This document shows positions 30,156 through 39,349 of a stretch of 64,000 nucleotides of DNA, one piece after another. The stretch lies in the NCBI GenBank assembly GCA_041649475.1, contig JBAZNA010000001.1:686594-750593 (forward strand), read 5' to 3'. This stretch comes from Patescibacteria group bacterium (GTDB lineage: Bacteria > Patescibacteriota > Patescibacteriia > Magasanikbacterales > GWA2-37-8). Positions within the stretch are counted from its first letter, which is position 1; each line of letters begins with the position of its first letter. The position numbers and the translations under genes are program-made. The notes beneath the pieces are model-generated. The model was given only the letters and a program-made list of their open reading frames with translations, was not told the origin of the DNA and ran no database searches.

Positions 30156-30617
30156 TTAATTTATATCTCCTCTGATATCAACCGAGTAAAAATATGCTTC
30201 AACCCCTTTTACCTCCGACTCCTTATTATTATTTTTAAACTGCTTAATAAAATCTTTAGTAGATTCTATCCCTTGTTTATCAATAAAGTACGTAACCTTG
30301 ATTGGCACCAGCATACTTGAAATCATGGTCTTTTCAGAAACCGTCACCCAAACCAAATTTTTATTATCCCTCAAATCTTCATCCAAAGGTATCTCCTGAT
30401 GATCGGCTAAATAGTCCTCGTGATCCTGATAAATAAACACGCTTTTGACTTTCTCCGAAACCTCCTCAATATTTTCAAAATTTTGCAGATCAGCCACGGG
30501 TTTGCCAAATCTTAAAGCTTCATGAATGGCCTGCGCGACCATCTCTTTTTCTAATTCAACCTGCGTGGTCTTGTCCTCCAGGTCTATTACCGGTATGCGG
30601 TTATCTAAATTTTCCAT
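30156..30617 (-). CDS. Hypothetical acidic protein
   Basis: Clean ORF, no motif. Confidence 0.6.
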   Translation of the reverse strand: MENLDNRIPVIDLEDKTTQVELEKEMVAQAIHEALRFGKPVADLQNFENIEEVSEKVKSVFIYQDHEDYLADHQEIPLDEDLRDNKNLVWVTVSEKTMISSMLVPIKVTYFIDKQGIESTKDFIKQFKNNNKESEVKGVEAYFYSVDIRGDIN

Positions 30618-30690
30618 AATCTTTTGACAGTTAAAATCTCTGCTCTAATTCTACCTTTTTTTGACTTTTTTGACAAGCCAACCCTCCTGC

Positions 30691-30719
30691 TTGACAAAAC
30701 CGAAAAATTATTTTAAAGT
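30691..30719 (+). promoter_or_regulatory. Sigma70-like promoter TTGACA-17-TAAAGT
   Basis: Perfect -35 and 17-nt spacer ahead of the SD-led 30743 ORF. Confidence 0.55.
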
Positions 30720-30742
30720 AATCAACCAACGAAGGAGAGGAC

Positions 30743-31051
30743 ATGACCAAAAACGGCACCGCAAACGGCGTGATCACGTTCGGCCAGTTGCAGGCGAAGT
30801 TCATGGAGGTCTTTCCGTCATACCTCAAGGGCCTGGAGGAATACCCCGCGGAGCTCCGCCATAGAATCGCCAAGCTCTGGCTGGACATAGAGGAGATGGC
30901 GTACGAGCGGCTGCGGCACTTTTCCGACGCCTTTCAGCTCCAGGACGTGGAGGTGCCGGTGGGCGTGACGGGTCGCTTCTGCGAGGAGATGGAACAGCTC
31001 CAGCAGGAGTTGAAGTCGGCTCACGACCGGCAGCACGGCGGGCACATCTAG
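30743..31051 (+). CDS. Hypothetical protein (GC-rich ORFan)
   Basis: GAAGGAGAGG SD, G/C-ending codons, own promoter and terminator. Confidence 0.7.
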   Translation: MTKNGTANGVITFGQLQAKFMEVFPSYLKGLEEYPAELRHRIAKLWLDIEEMAYERLRHFSDAFQLQDVEVPVGVTGRFCEEMEQLQQELKSAHDRQHGGHI

Positions 31052-31092
31052 CGCCGCTGCCCTACAGGTCAACAACGGTCATGTCCAGAATC

Positions 31093-31134
31093 AAAAAGCC
31101 GGTAGGCCTTCGCGCCACCGGCTCATTTTTTTTT
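31093..31134. terminator. Bidirectional intrinsic terminator
   Basis: AGCCGGT...ACCGGCT stem with an A run on the left and a T run on the right. Confidence 0.7.
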
Positions 31135-31149
31135 AAAAATTATTTTTAG

Positions 31150-31241
31150 TCACCCTGCGGGAGGGAAAGACCGGCTCCTTTGGTAAAGACGGTCCGCCTG
31201 AGGCAGAAAAGGAGCGAGGTCTGTTCCACAAGGGCAAGATA
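31150..31241 (-). ncRNA. Candidate structured small RNA of unknown family
   Basis: Own promoter TTGACA-17-TACAGT (31275-31247), rod-like nested helices with G.U pairs on the minus strand, downstream terminator. Confidence 0.55.
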
Positions 31242-31285
31242 TATATACTGTATAAGTATGAGTTAAACCTGTCAAGAGGGCATTG

Positions 31286-31358
31286 AGCCGATGGTGGGGA
31301 TCAAACCCACGACCTATCGCTTACGAAGCGATTGCTCTATCAACTGAGCTACATCGGC
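31286..31358 (-). tRNA. tRNA-Thr(CGU)
   Basis: Acceptor GCCGATG/CATCGGC, anticodon arm ATCGC-TTCGTAA-GCGAT; A19/U56 variant. Confidence 0.92.
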
Positions 31359-31366
31359 GCCTTTGT

Positions 31367-34000
31367 TTACCGGTTCGTCAATTTATTCATTTTTTCTTTG
31401 GCCTCATTTAACTTTTCCTTTTCTTTGGCTATAACTTCTTTTGGCGCGTTTTTTATAAAATCTTTATTCGCCAACTTATTTTCCAATCCGGAAATATATT
31501 TTTTCAAATCAGCCGTTTCTTTATTTATGCGCGCCGTTTCTTTTTCCACGTCAACCGCGCCGGATAAATCAATATACACCTCAATTCCGGATATGACAAA
31601 TCCGATGGCGTCTTTCGGCTTATTAAGTTTTTCTTTTATTTCCAAGTTTTCCAAACGGGCCAGATTTTTTATGACCTGCTCTTTTTCTTTTATAGTTTTA
31701 ACTTCGGTGCCGGCGCTGATATGCGCGGACAATTTTTTCCCCGGCTCAATTTTGTAATCCGCCCGCAGTGCCCTGATTCCGGTCACGATCGGCTGGATAA
31801 TCTTTTCAAATTTTATTACTTCTTTATCCGCCTTTGATTTAGTTTGTGCTATCGGCCACTTTTCCACCATCAGCAAATTATCCTGTCCGTAAACTTCTTT
31901 CCAAACCGTTTCCGTCACAAACGGCATATACGGATGCCAGAGTTTTAAGATTGTATTTAAAATATAATTTAAAACTTCTGATTTATTGCCTTCAATTTTG
32001 GCAATCTCCAAGTACCAATCAGCCAAGTCCCCCCAGGTGAAATCACGCAATCTCTCCCCTGCCAAAGAAAAATTAAAGTCCTCAATATTTTTGGTAGTTT
32101 CACCTACAATTAGATGTAATTTATTTAAAATCCATTTATCAGCCAGGGTTTTTGCGGTCGGCTCTTTTGCGTCGGCTTTTGGCGCCTCAATATTTAATAA
32201 AATAAATCTGGAAATATTCCAAAGTTTATTCGTAAAATTTCTAAAACCGGCAATTTTTTCTTCATATAGTTTTATATCGTTCCCCGGTGTGTTGCCAATA
32301 AGCAAAGACAGTCGGGTCGCGTCTGTGCCGTATTTGGCGATCATATCTAAAGGGTCAATCACATTACCCAATGATTTGCTCATCTTTCTCCCCTGCTCGT
32401 CGCGCACCAAACCGTGCAAATAGACCTTTTCAAACGGAACTTCGCCCAAAACATAGGTGGTCATCAAAATCATTCTCGCCACCCAGAAAAATAAAATATC
32501 ATAGCCGGTTTCCATCACTGAATTCGGATGATAATTTTTTAAGTCCTCGGTTTTTTCCGGCCAGCCCAGAGTGGAGAAAGTCCACAAACCCGAACTGAAC
32601 CAAGTGTCCAAGGTATCTTGATCCTGTTTCCAGCCCTCGCCTTTTGGCGCTTCCACGCCCACATAAACTTCTTCCGCCTTTGGCCCGGTCCGATACCAAA
32701 CCGGAATTCTGTGCCCATACCAAATCTGGCGGGAAATGCACCAGTCGCGCAAATTATCTATCCAGTGAAAGTATATTTTAACAAATCTGTCCGGAATGAT
32801 TTCAATCTTTTTGTCTTTCACCACTTTTTGCATCAGTTGTTTCAAACTCGCTTTCCGGCGCGCGATTTTTTTATTTACGTCAATAAACCATTGCTGTGAT
32901 GGGAGCGGCTCAATCGGCGTGCCGCAACGGTAACAAACCGACAAGTTATTTTGTGCATCTTCTTCTTTTTCCAAAATTCCGGCCGTGCGCGAATTTTCCA
33001 CCACTTTTTTTCGCGCCTCAACCACGCCTAAACCCGCGTACTGCGAACCGGCCTTGTCGGTGATTTTGCCGTCTTCATCAATAATTTTAATTATTTCCAA
33101 TTTATTTTTTATCGCCATGCCGTAGTCAACCAAACTGTGCGCCGGAGTCACACCCAATGCGCCCGTGCCGAAATCCATATCCACCTGCGCGTCGCCAATT
33201 ACTTTTATTTTCAAATCCGGCCCGCCGGCAAATTTTTTAATTTCAAAAACCTGGCCAATATATTTTTTATATCTCTTGTCTTTCGGATTGACAGCCACGG
33301 CCGTATCCCCTAATTTTGTCTCCGGCCGGGTGGTAGAAATCGCAAAAGGAAAATCTTTGCTGTATTTAAAGGTGTATAATTTCGCTTTCTGTTCTTTATA
33401 CTCCACCTCATCATCCGCCAAAGTGGTATGACAGCTCGGACACCAATTCACAATCCGGTAGCCGCGGTAAATCAAACCATCGTCATACATCATTTTAAAA
33501 ACCGTGCGCACGGCCAAGTTGCGCTTATCATCCAGTGTAAACGCCTCGCGGCTCCAATCCAAAGACGAGCCCATTTTTTTACACTGACTAACAATCGTGT
33601 CATGAGATTTTTGCGCAAATTTATTTACTTCATCCAAAAATTTTTCCCGGCCCAGTTCGGCCCGCGGATTTTTCATTCCCTGCCCGATGAGTAGTTTCTC
33701 AACTTTTGCCTGTGTAGCAATGGCCGCATGATCTGTACCCGGCACCCACAGGGTTTTGTCGCCTTTCATGCGGTGATAGCGCACCATCACATCTTCAATC
33801 GCGAGCATGGTCGCATGACCCAAATGCAAAGTTCCGGTGACGTTCGGCGGCGGTAAAACAATGGAAAACGGCTTCGCTTTTGGCCCGGCCACGCCTTTTT
33901 TGACGCAAACATCCGGATTAAAAAATCCGGACTGCTCCCATTTTTTATAAATCTCATCCTCGTAATTTTTTGGCTCGTAGGCCTTGGATAATTCGCGCAT
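31367..34000 (-). CDS. valS: Valine--tRNA ligase
   Basis: PPPNVTGTLHLGH, DWCISRQIWYGH, KMSKS, C-terminal coiled coil. Confidence 0.97.
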   Translation of the reverse strand: MRELSKAYEPKNYEDEIYKKWEQSGFFNPDVCVKKGVAGPKAKPFSIVLPPPNVTGTLHLGHATMLAIEDVMVRYHRMKGDKTLWVPGTDHAAIATQAKVEKLLIGQGMKNPRAELGREKFLDEVNKFAQKSHDTIVSQCKKMGSSLDWSREAFTLDDKRNLAVRTVFKMMYDDGLIYRGYRIVNWCPSCHTTLADDEVEYKEQKAKLYTFKYSKDFPFAISTTRPETKLGDTAVAVNPKDKRYKKYIGQVFEIKKFAGGPDLKIKVIGDAQVDMDFGTGALGVTPAHSLVDYGMAIKNKLEIIKIIDEDGKITDKAGSQYAGLGVVEARKKVVENSRTAGILEKEEDAQNNLSVCYRCGTPIEPLPSQQWFIDVNKKIARRKASLKQLMQKVVKDKKIEIIPDRFVKIYFHWIDNLRDWCISRQIWYGHRIPVWYRTGPKAEEVYVGVEAPKGEGWKQDQDTLDTWFSSGLWTFSTLGWPEKTEDLKNYHPNSVMETGYDILFFWVARMILMTTYVLGEVPFEKVYLHGLVRDEQGRKMSKSLGNVIDPLDMIAKYGTDATRLSLLIGNTPGNDIKLYEEKIAGFRNFTNKLWNISRFILLNIEAPKADAKEPTAKTLADKWILNKLHLIVGETTKNIEDFNFSLAGERLRDFTWGDLADWYLEIAKIEGNKSEVLNYILNTILKLWHPYMPFVTETVWKEVYGQDNLLMVEKWPIAQTKSKADKEVIKFEKIIQPIVTGIRALRADYKIEPGKKLSAHISAGTEVKTIKEKEQVIKNLARLENLEIKEKLNKPKDAIGFVISGIEVYIDLSGAVDVEKETARINKETADLKKYISGLENKLANKDFIKNAPKEVIAKEKEKLNEAKEKMNKLTNR

Positions 34001-34030
34001 AAAAACTATTTAAACCGGCGCTGGCGCGCC

Positions 34031-34104
34031 TGGAGCGGGATACGGGAATCGAACCCGCGTCTTAACCTTGGGAAGGTCACATACTACCATTGTAATAATC
34101 CCGC
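34031..34104 (-). tRNA. tRNA-Gly(CCC)
   Basis: Acceptor GCGGGAT/ATCCCGC plus TCCA, anticodon loop TTCCCAA, T-loop TTCGATT. Confidence 0.93.
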
Positions 34105-34111
34105 TTTTCAA

Positions 34112-34135
34112 AGGGGTCGCCTTTAGGCGACCCCT
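34112..34135. terminator. Perfect hairpin AGGGGTCGCCT/AGGCGACCCCT
   Basis: 11-bp inverted repeat between the PPIase gene and tRNA-Gly; terminator or processing signal. Confidence 0.55.
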
Positions 34136-34140
34136 GCGCT

Positions 34141-35157
34141 TTATTGTTGTGTACTGGTGCTTGGTAAAAACGGATTATGAACATTGATATACAGATGGTA
34201 ATCTGTCTGCTTGGAGATCCTATCTAAATATGTGCCCAAATCCAAATACGGAAACAGAATATGACTGGCGCGAATCTCGTCTTTTGTCACTGACTTGCCG
34301 GTAGTGGCGTCTTTGGCAGTGGTGGTGCGCTTGTCAACCAGCTTGATTATATGATATCCAAATTGTGTTTCAACCAAAACCGGATCAACCTCGCCTTTTT
34401 TCAAAGAGAAAGCGGCAGTTTCAAATTGCGGTACCATATCGCCTTTGCCAAACCAGCCCAAGTCCCCGCCCTGTTCGGCCGTGGCATCACTACCGTATTG
34501 TTTCGCCATGGTCGCGAAATCAGCGCCGTTTAAAATCTGACTCAAGACCTGCTGGGCTTGATTTCTGATATCGGTTTGCAAAGTCGGATCAGCGGCAATC
34601 GCGTCTGATAATTTATTCTGCAAAATAAACGGCTTCATTACTTTTTCCTGATACTGGGCCATTGTCCAACCGTATCTTTTCATCAATTGCGCGTTGGCAT
34701 CGGCTTCATCTTTGAATTGTTGCAACATCTGGGCTTTCAGATCACTGATGTCTTTGTCGGTCACTGAAAGGTTATAATTTTTAGCCGCTTTGTTTACCAA
34801 AATCATATTGGACAGGCGCAATAAAACCTGATCGGACATTTGTTCCGCGGTTAACTCGGCGCCCGGGCCGTTATTGGCCTTGTCATATTGTTGCATGACA
34901 TGGATGGCTTTCAAATCACTCAAGTAATCGGAATACAAAACTTTCTGGTCGCCGACTTTCAAAGCCGGCAAACGCAAAATGCTGGCAACGGTGGCGGTAA
35001 ACGGATCAGTGGCCACTTGAGCATATGCCCGGTAAGTGCCAAAAGCGATGGCGCCCAAAATCACCAAACCGACCAGCCCGATTAAACCGAATAAAAACAT
35101 TCTAAAATTTGACTTAGATTTTACTTCTCCTCCCTCTGTGTTTGTTGTTGTCTCCAT
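34141..35157 (-). CDS. PrsA/SurA-type peptidyl-prolyl isomerase (parvulin)
   Basis: TM anchor, SurA-like helical domain, GGDLGWF...MVPQFE...TQFGYHIIK. Confidence 0.88.
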   Translation of the reverse strand: METTTNTEGGEVKSKSNFRMFLFGLIGLVGLVILGAIAFGTYRAYAQVATDPFTATVASILRLPALKVGDQKVLYSDYLSDLKAIHVMQQYDKANNGPGAELTAEQMSDQVLLRLSNMILVNKAAKNYNLSVTDKDISDLKAQMLQQFKDEADANAQLMKRYGWTMAQYQEKVMKPFILQNKLSDAIAADPTLQTDIRNQAQQVLSQILNGADFATMAKQYGSDATAEQGGDLGWFGKGDMVPQFETAAFSLKKGEVDPVLVETQFGYHIIKLVDKRTTTAKDATTGKSVTKDEIRASHILFPYLDLGTYLDRISKQTDYHLYINVHNPFLPSTSTQQ

Positions 35158-35179
35158 AGATAAATTATTTATTATTATT

Positions 35180-35569
35180 TTAATGGACAAAATAATTCCA
35201 CCATTTTATATAGTTTGGAACGTCACTTAAGCTTACCATATCCGCTTTTTGTTGTCTATTGTCACCGGCTCTGCCTTGGCTGGGAATAACCGCGACCTGC
35301 TCTCCGGGCTTGATCATATTCAGTTCACTGCGCGCCTTGGCCTCCACAAAATCGCTTGATTTAACGTATTTTAAGACCTCCAACAGCTGAATTTTTTTGG
35401 CTTCCAGATTGCCGGCGTCGGCCTGAAGCTGGGCAATTTCCTGACGGACCTGATAGTCCTGAAAATACGCCCGGGCGTAAGCAAAAATTACCATAATTGC
35501 CATTATGGCCGCTATCAGCAGAAATATCCGCGAACCAAAAAATTTTTTCCATCCGCTTTCGGAAACCAT
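35180..35569 (-). CDS. Septum formation initiator (FtsB/DivIC family)
   Basis: TM plus coiled coil plus VEAKARSELNMIKPGE. Confidence 0.85.
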   Translation of the reverse strand: MVSESGWKKFFGSRIFLLIAAIMAIMVIFAYARAYFQDYQVRQEIAQLQADAGNLEAKKIQLLEVLKYVKSSDFVEAKARSELNMIKPGEQVAVIPSQGRAGDNRQQKADMVSLSDVPNYIKWWNYFVH

Positions 35570-35576
35570 ATTATAA

Positions 35577-36218
35577 TTATATCAAAGATCCGCCATCTTT
35601 TCCACCAACTTTTTCCAACTGAATTCTGGTCAATTCCAATACCGCCGCCAAATCTTCGGCTGATAAATTAGGAATTAATTTTATAAAATTTTCATAAACC
35701 GCCCTGGTGCTGGCCAGATGGCGATTTTGCCGGTATTTTTCATCCGCTTGGACGATTATATTATGAACTTTCTGCGGATCGCGCACGGCGCTCACATCCA
35801 AAACAAAATGCTCGCTGTTTGTCTGGATTATTATATTTCCATAACCGAACACATTGGCAAACACGCCTTTTTTCCTGATGGAAATATCTTTTATGTCCGT
35901 ATAACTGACCGAAGTGACCACTTCATCAAACAACGAAGATCTTTGCACGTCAACAATGCGTTCGCTGGTGATAATAAAAATATTGACGTGATTGTAAAAC
36001 CAGACGCGGAAGATTATAAACAACCCGGCTAACATACCAAGGGCAAAAATCACATCACCCCACCAACTGAAAGACAGCAGTTTAAACATGAAAAACGAAT
36101 CGGCAAATAAGATTGTCAGACCGACTGAATATTTCCAAAAATAAGTCAGGGCGTATCTTTCCACCACCGAGAGAATTTGCTCGTTTTCGCGAAGATGAAT
36201 TTTTTTTGCTATTGACAT
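35577..36218 (-). CDS. Membrane protein with bacterial PH domain
   Basis: Two TM then IITSERIVD...IKDISI...FGYGNIIIQT. Confidence 0.75.
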   Translation of the reverse strand: MSIAKKIHLRENEQILSVVERYALTYFWKYSVGLTILFADSFFMFKLLSFSWWGDVIFALGMLAGLFIIFRVWFYNHVNIFIITSERIVDVQRSSLFDEVVTSVSYTDIKDISIRKKGVFANVFGYGNIIIQTNSEHFVLDVSAVRDPQKVHNIIVQADEKYRQNRHLASTRAVYENFIKLIPNLSAEDLAAVLELTRIQLEKVGGKDGGSLI

Positions 36219-37495
36219 AAAATTTCTTTGGCGACTTGGCGGTCATCCCAGGGGATTTTTTTGCCATTGGCCACGACAATGCACGGTTCAGTGCCCTTGG
36301 CCGTGATGGCAATTATATCCCCGGCTTTGGCCATTGTTATGGCTTTCTCTATCGCCCGGCGCCGGTCAACTTCTATGAATAAATTTTCATTGTTTGTTTT
36401 ATTTGCATGCCGCGCGCCAACTGCCAGCATCTCGGCAATTTGATTTGGGTCTTCATCAAAACAATTTACGTCGGTAATAATTACCACATCACAAAGCCGG
36501 CCGGCAATCTCGCCCATTTTTTCACGCTTGCTTTTATCGCGGCCGCCACCGTCAGAACCGACCAAACCGATTAATTTGCCTGTCGGACCGAGCATTTTGC
36601 GCAAATTTGTAAATAATTCCGTTAAACTTAACGGCTCGTGCGCGTAATCAACAATCACCTTAAAATCCTGCCCCGGATTGACCACTTCCATCCGGCCTTC
36701 AATCAATTTAACATTTTTCAAGCCGCTATCGATTTTTTCTTCAGGAATATTTTGCGATTTGGCCACGGCAATGGCGGCCAGGGCATTATAGACATTAAAA
36801 TCCCCTAAAATATTTATATGATAATTATGATTATTTACTGAAAATTCTGATCCGGTTTCTGTGGAAGCCAAAATCTTACCGGTAATATTTTTTAAATTCG
36901 GTTTTGTGTTTTTTATTCCAAAGCCGAATTTTTCATCAGCCGAAAATTGTAAATAATAATCGCTGTGCTGGTCGTCAATATTTACCACAGCCACCTTTGG
37001 CACTTTTTTGTTATCAAAAACCTTTTTGGCCTGTTTCATCAGTTGCGCAAAAATAATGCCCTTGTCGCGTTTTAAATTTTCAAATCCGCCATGCGCCTCC
37101 ACGTGTTCCGGCGCCAAATTGGTAAACACCACCACGTCATAATTCAAACCGTAATGGCGATACTGCAAAATTCCCTGCGAAGATGTCTCCACCACCACAT
37201 ACCGGCACCCGGCTTGCACCATTTGTTTTAACATTTTTTGAATTTCCCCACGGCCGAGCATGGTCATTTTTTTATCATTGAGCCAGCGCTTTTCGCCAAT
37301 TTGAAATTCAACCGTGCTTAGCATCCCCACCTTTTGCCCGCCGGCTTCCAAAACCGAAGAAATCAATCTGCAGGTGGTTGATTTGCCTTTAGTGCCGGTG
37401 ACTCCGACCACGATTAATTTTCGGGAAGGCCGGCCATACCACCAATAGGCCAAGAGGGCCAGTTTAAAATGAAAAAGTTTTTTCAGTAATCCCAT
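36209..37495 (-). CDS. murE: UDP-MurNAc-tripeptide synthetase (Mur ligase)
   Basis: GVTGTKGKSTT, ETSSQG, FTNL..EH, GRME, VDYAHEP, GGRD. Confidence 0.9.
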   Translation of the reverse strand: MGLLKKLFHFKLALLAYWWYGRPSRKLIVVGVTGTKGKSTTCRLISSVLEAGGQKVGMLSTVEFQIGEKRWLNDKKMTMLGRGEIQKMLKQMVQAGCRYVVVETSSQGILQYRHYGLNYDVVVFTNLAPEHVEAHGGFENLKRDKGIIFAQLMKQAKKVFDNKKVPKVAVVNIDDQHSDYYLQFSADEKFGFGIKNTKPNLKNITGKILASTETGSEFSVNNHNYHINILGDFNVYNALAAIAVAKSQNIPEEKIDSGLKNVKLIEGRMEVVNPGQDFKVIVDYAHEPLSLTELFTNLRKMLGPTGKLIGLVGSDGGGRDKSKREKMGEIAGRLCDVVIITDVNCFDEDPNQIAEMLAVGARHANKTNNENLFIEVDRRRAIEKAITMAKAGDIIAITAKGTEPCIVVANGKKIPWDDRQVAKEILCQ

Positions 37496-37509
37496 ATTTT
37501 ATGGTCGCG

Positions 37510-38082
37510 CTATAACTTTTTTAAACTGACTTCATAAACAACCTGCTCCAGTTTATTTAACGCCTGCTTGGCCTGATCAAATTTTTGGCGGTTATAACCG
37601 GTCAAATCCATATCAACCAGCTCGCCGATAATTTCTTCAGCCACAGCATAACATTTTTTTACTTCATCAAATTTTCTGGCAGTGGCCGATTTGATGGCAT
37701 ACCGCAAAAGTTCGCCCGGCACATCGCATAAACCGCCGATAAAAGTGTCGCAATCAATTTCCAAATTTTTTATTTTCCCCAGGGTCTTGCCGGCCAAAAA
37801 TTGTTCAAACAGCGAGGCCTCGGTGTATTCTTCCAAAGCCGCGCGGTATGAACCCTCGTCAAAAAGATCTTCATCTTCTTTATATTTTTTATTTAACTCA
37901 AGCAAAATCTGACCGGCAGAAGCCAAGACCTCGGCTCCGTCTTTATCATCGCGCTGAAAGGCAAAAATCGCTTTTTTAGACAGGTGCTGGGCGTCTCCGG
38001 CGGCCTTAATAACCTCACGTCTTTTTTGCGCATAACTTAACAAATCCTGGCGTATCTCGTTTAGATATTTTTTATCCAACAT
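37510..38082 (-). CDS. Translin/TRAX family protein
   Basis: ALEEYTEA and FIGGLCDVPGELLRYA match the translin/TRAX pattern. Confidence 0.8.
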   Translation of the reverse strand: MLDKKYLNEIRQDLLSYAQKRREVIKAAGDAQHLSKKAIFAFQRDDKDGAEVLASAGQILLELNKKYKEDEDLFDEGSYRAALEEYTEASLFEQFLAGKTLGKIKNLEIDCDTFIGGLCDVPGELLRYAIKSATARKFDEVKKCYAVAEEIIGELVDMDLTGYNRQKFDQAKQALNKLEQVVYEVSLKKL

Positions 38083-38168
38083 ACACAAAAATTAAAGATT
38101 TCCCCAAGGGGGTCTTGATTTTTTTCTGAATTTAGTTTATCATTATTAAAGTTAAAAGTCCATAAATT

Positions 38169-38241
<73 letters not shown>

Positions 38242-38294
38242 CAAATTTAAAATCGCCGCGGAAGCGGTGGTTTTTTATTTTATCAATCTGGGTA

Positions 38295-38323
38295 TTGACC
38301 GCTTACTTACCTTATACTAAAAT
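38295..38323 (+). promoter_or_regulatory. Sigma70-like promoter TTGACC-17-TAAAAT
   Basis: Near-consensus hexamers with exact 17-nt spacer. Confidence 0.6.
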
Positions 38324-38329
38324 CAAATC

Positions 38330-38590
38330 AGACCGCGAAAGGGAACTGCAGGTGAAACAAACCAGCAACCTGTAGACCCGCACTTTCTCCCCAGAGAAAG
38401 GTTTAGCGGCCTCGTAGCGCAACACGGATGCGGCCTTGGGAACGACCGATAACGAGTTTAAACCTCGTCGGTCAGAAGAACGAGATCGTCCGCCGCAGCC
38501 CAAAAGAAGACGGATGAGCCAAGGAGGAGGAATGCGCCCAAGGCCCGAGCAACACAGCATGCAGGTGCTGGTAACTGCATGCTTCTTTTA
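38330..38590 (+). ncRNA. Candidate structured RNA or leader upstream of IMP cyclohydrolase
   Basis: Several helices between a promoter and the terminator AGCATGCAG/CTGCATGCT-TCTTTT; no long plus-strand ORF. Confidence 0.5.
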
Positions 38591-38672
38591 ATTCTTGTTT
38601 TTTTCCATCGCCTGTGTTACCTTGTCTGTAAGCTTGGTAATCAACTTGCCAAAAACGAAAGGGGGTATCAAA

Positions 38673-39248
38673 ATGCCACGTGCCATCATCAGTGTGTACG
38701 ACAAGACCCGGCTCCTGGCCTTCGTACAGGGTCTCACCAGTCTCAACTGGGAGATCATCTCCACCGGCGGCACCGCCAAGCATCTGCGGGAAGCGGGCTT
38801 CCCAATTCTGGATGTGTCGCAGGTCACCGGATTCCCGGAGTGCCTGGAGGGACGGCTCAAGACCCTGCACCCCAAGATCCTCGGCGGCATCCTGGCCAAG
38901 GGCACGCCGGAGCACAAGGCGACCCTCAAGAAGCTGGAAATCGAGATGGTGGACATGGTCGTGGTCAACCTCTACCCGTTTGAGGAGACCGTGGCCAAGC
39001 CGGACACGACCTGGGACCAGGCCATCGAGCAGATTGACATCGGCGGCCCCACCATGATCCGCGCCGCGGCCAAGAACCACAACCGCGTGACCGTGATCGT
39101 GGACCCGAACGACTACATGCTGGTGGTCAACGAGCTCGAGTTGCACGGCGAAGTCCGTCCTCATCTCCGCCAGTCCCTGGCGGCCAAGGTCTTCCGCAAG
39201 ACCGCGGAGTACGACAAGGCCATCGCGGACTACTTCAACAGGTCCTGA
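38673..39248 (+). CDS. purH: Stand-alone IMP cyclohydrolase (PurH N-terminal domain only)
   Basis: AIISVYDKT, STGGT, GRLKTLHP, VVNLYPF, IDIGGPTMIRAAAKN; stops at the domain boundary. Confidence 0.9.
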   Translation: MPRAIISVYDKTRLLAFVQGLTSLNWEIISTGGTAKHLREAGFPILDVSQVTGFPECLEGRLKTLHPKILGGILAKGTPEHKATLKKLEIEMVDMVVVNLYPFEETVAKPDTTWDQAIEQIDIGGPTMIRAAAKNHNRVTVIVDPNDYMLVVNELELHGEVRPHLRQSLAAKVFRKTAEYDKAIADYFNRS

Positions 39249-39349
39249 CAGACCCCAGCTGATCCGTTCTTTCCACTTGAGGAGACAACAGCGCAGCCGA
39301 TTCCCCATCGGCTCGCCTCAATCTAATGAAAATCAAGATTTGGTTTTTA

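Noticed and set aside
31332-31757. 141-aa plus-strand ORF
   Set aside because: Antisense to valS and tRNA-Thr.
38330-38590. ZTP (pfl) riboswitch, tmRNA or RNase P identity for the RNA upstream of purH
   Set aside because: I could not find the consensus elements of any of these; kept only as an unknown structured RNA.
38472-39308. 278-aa minus-strand ORF
   Set aside because: Antisense shadow of the GC-rich purH-domain gene.
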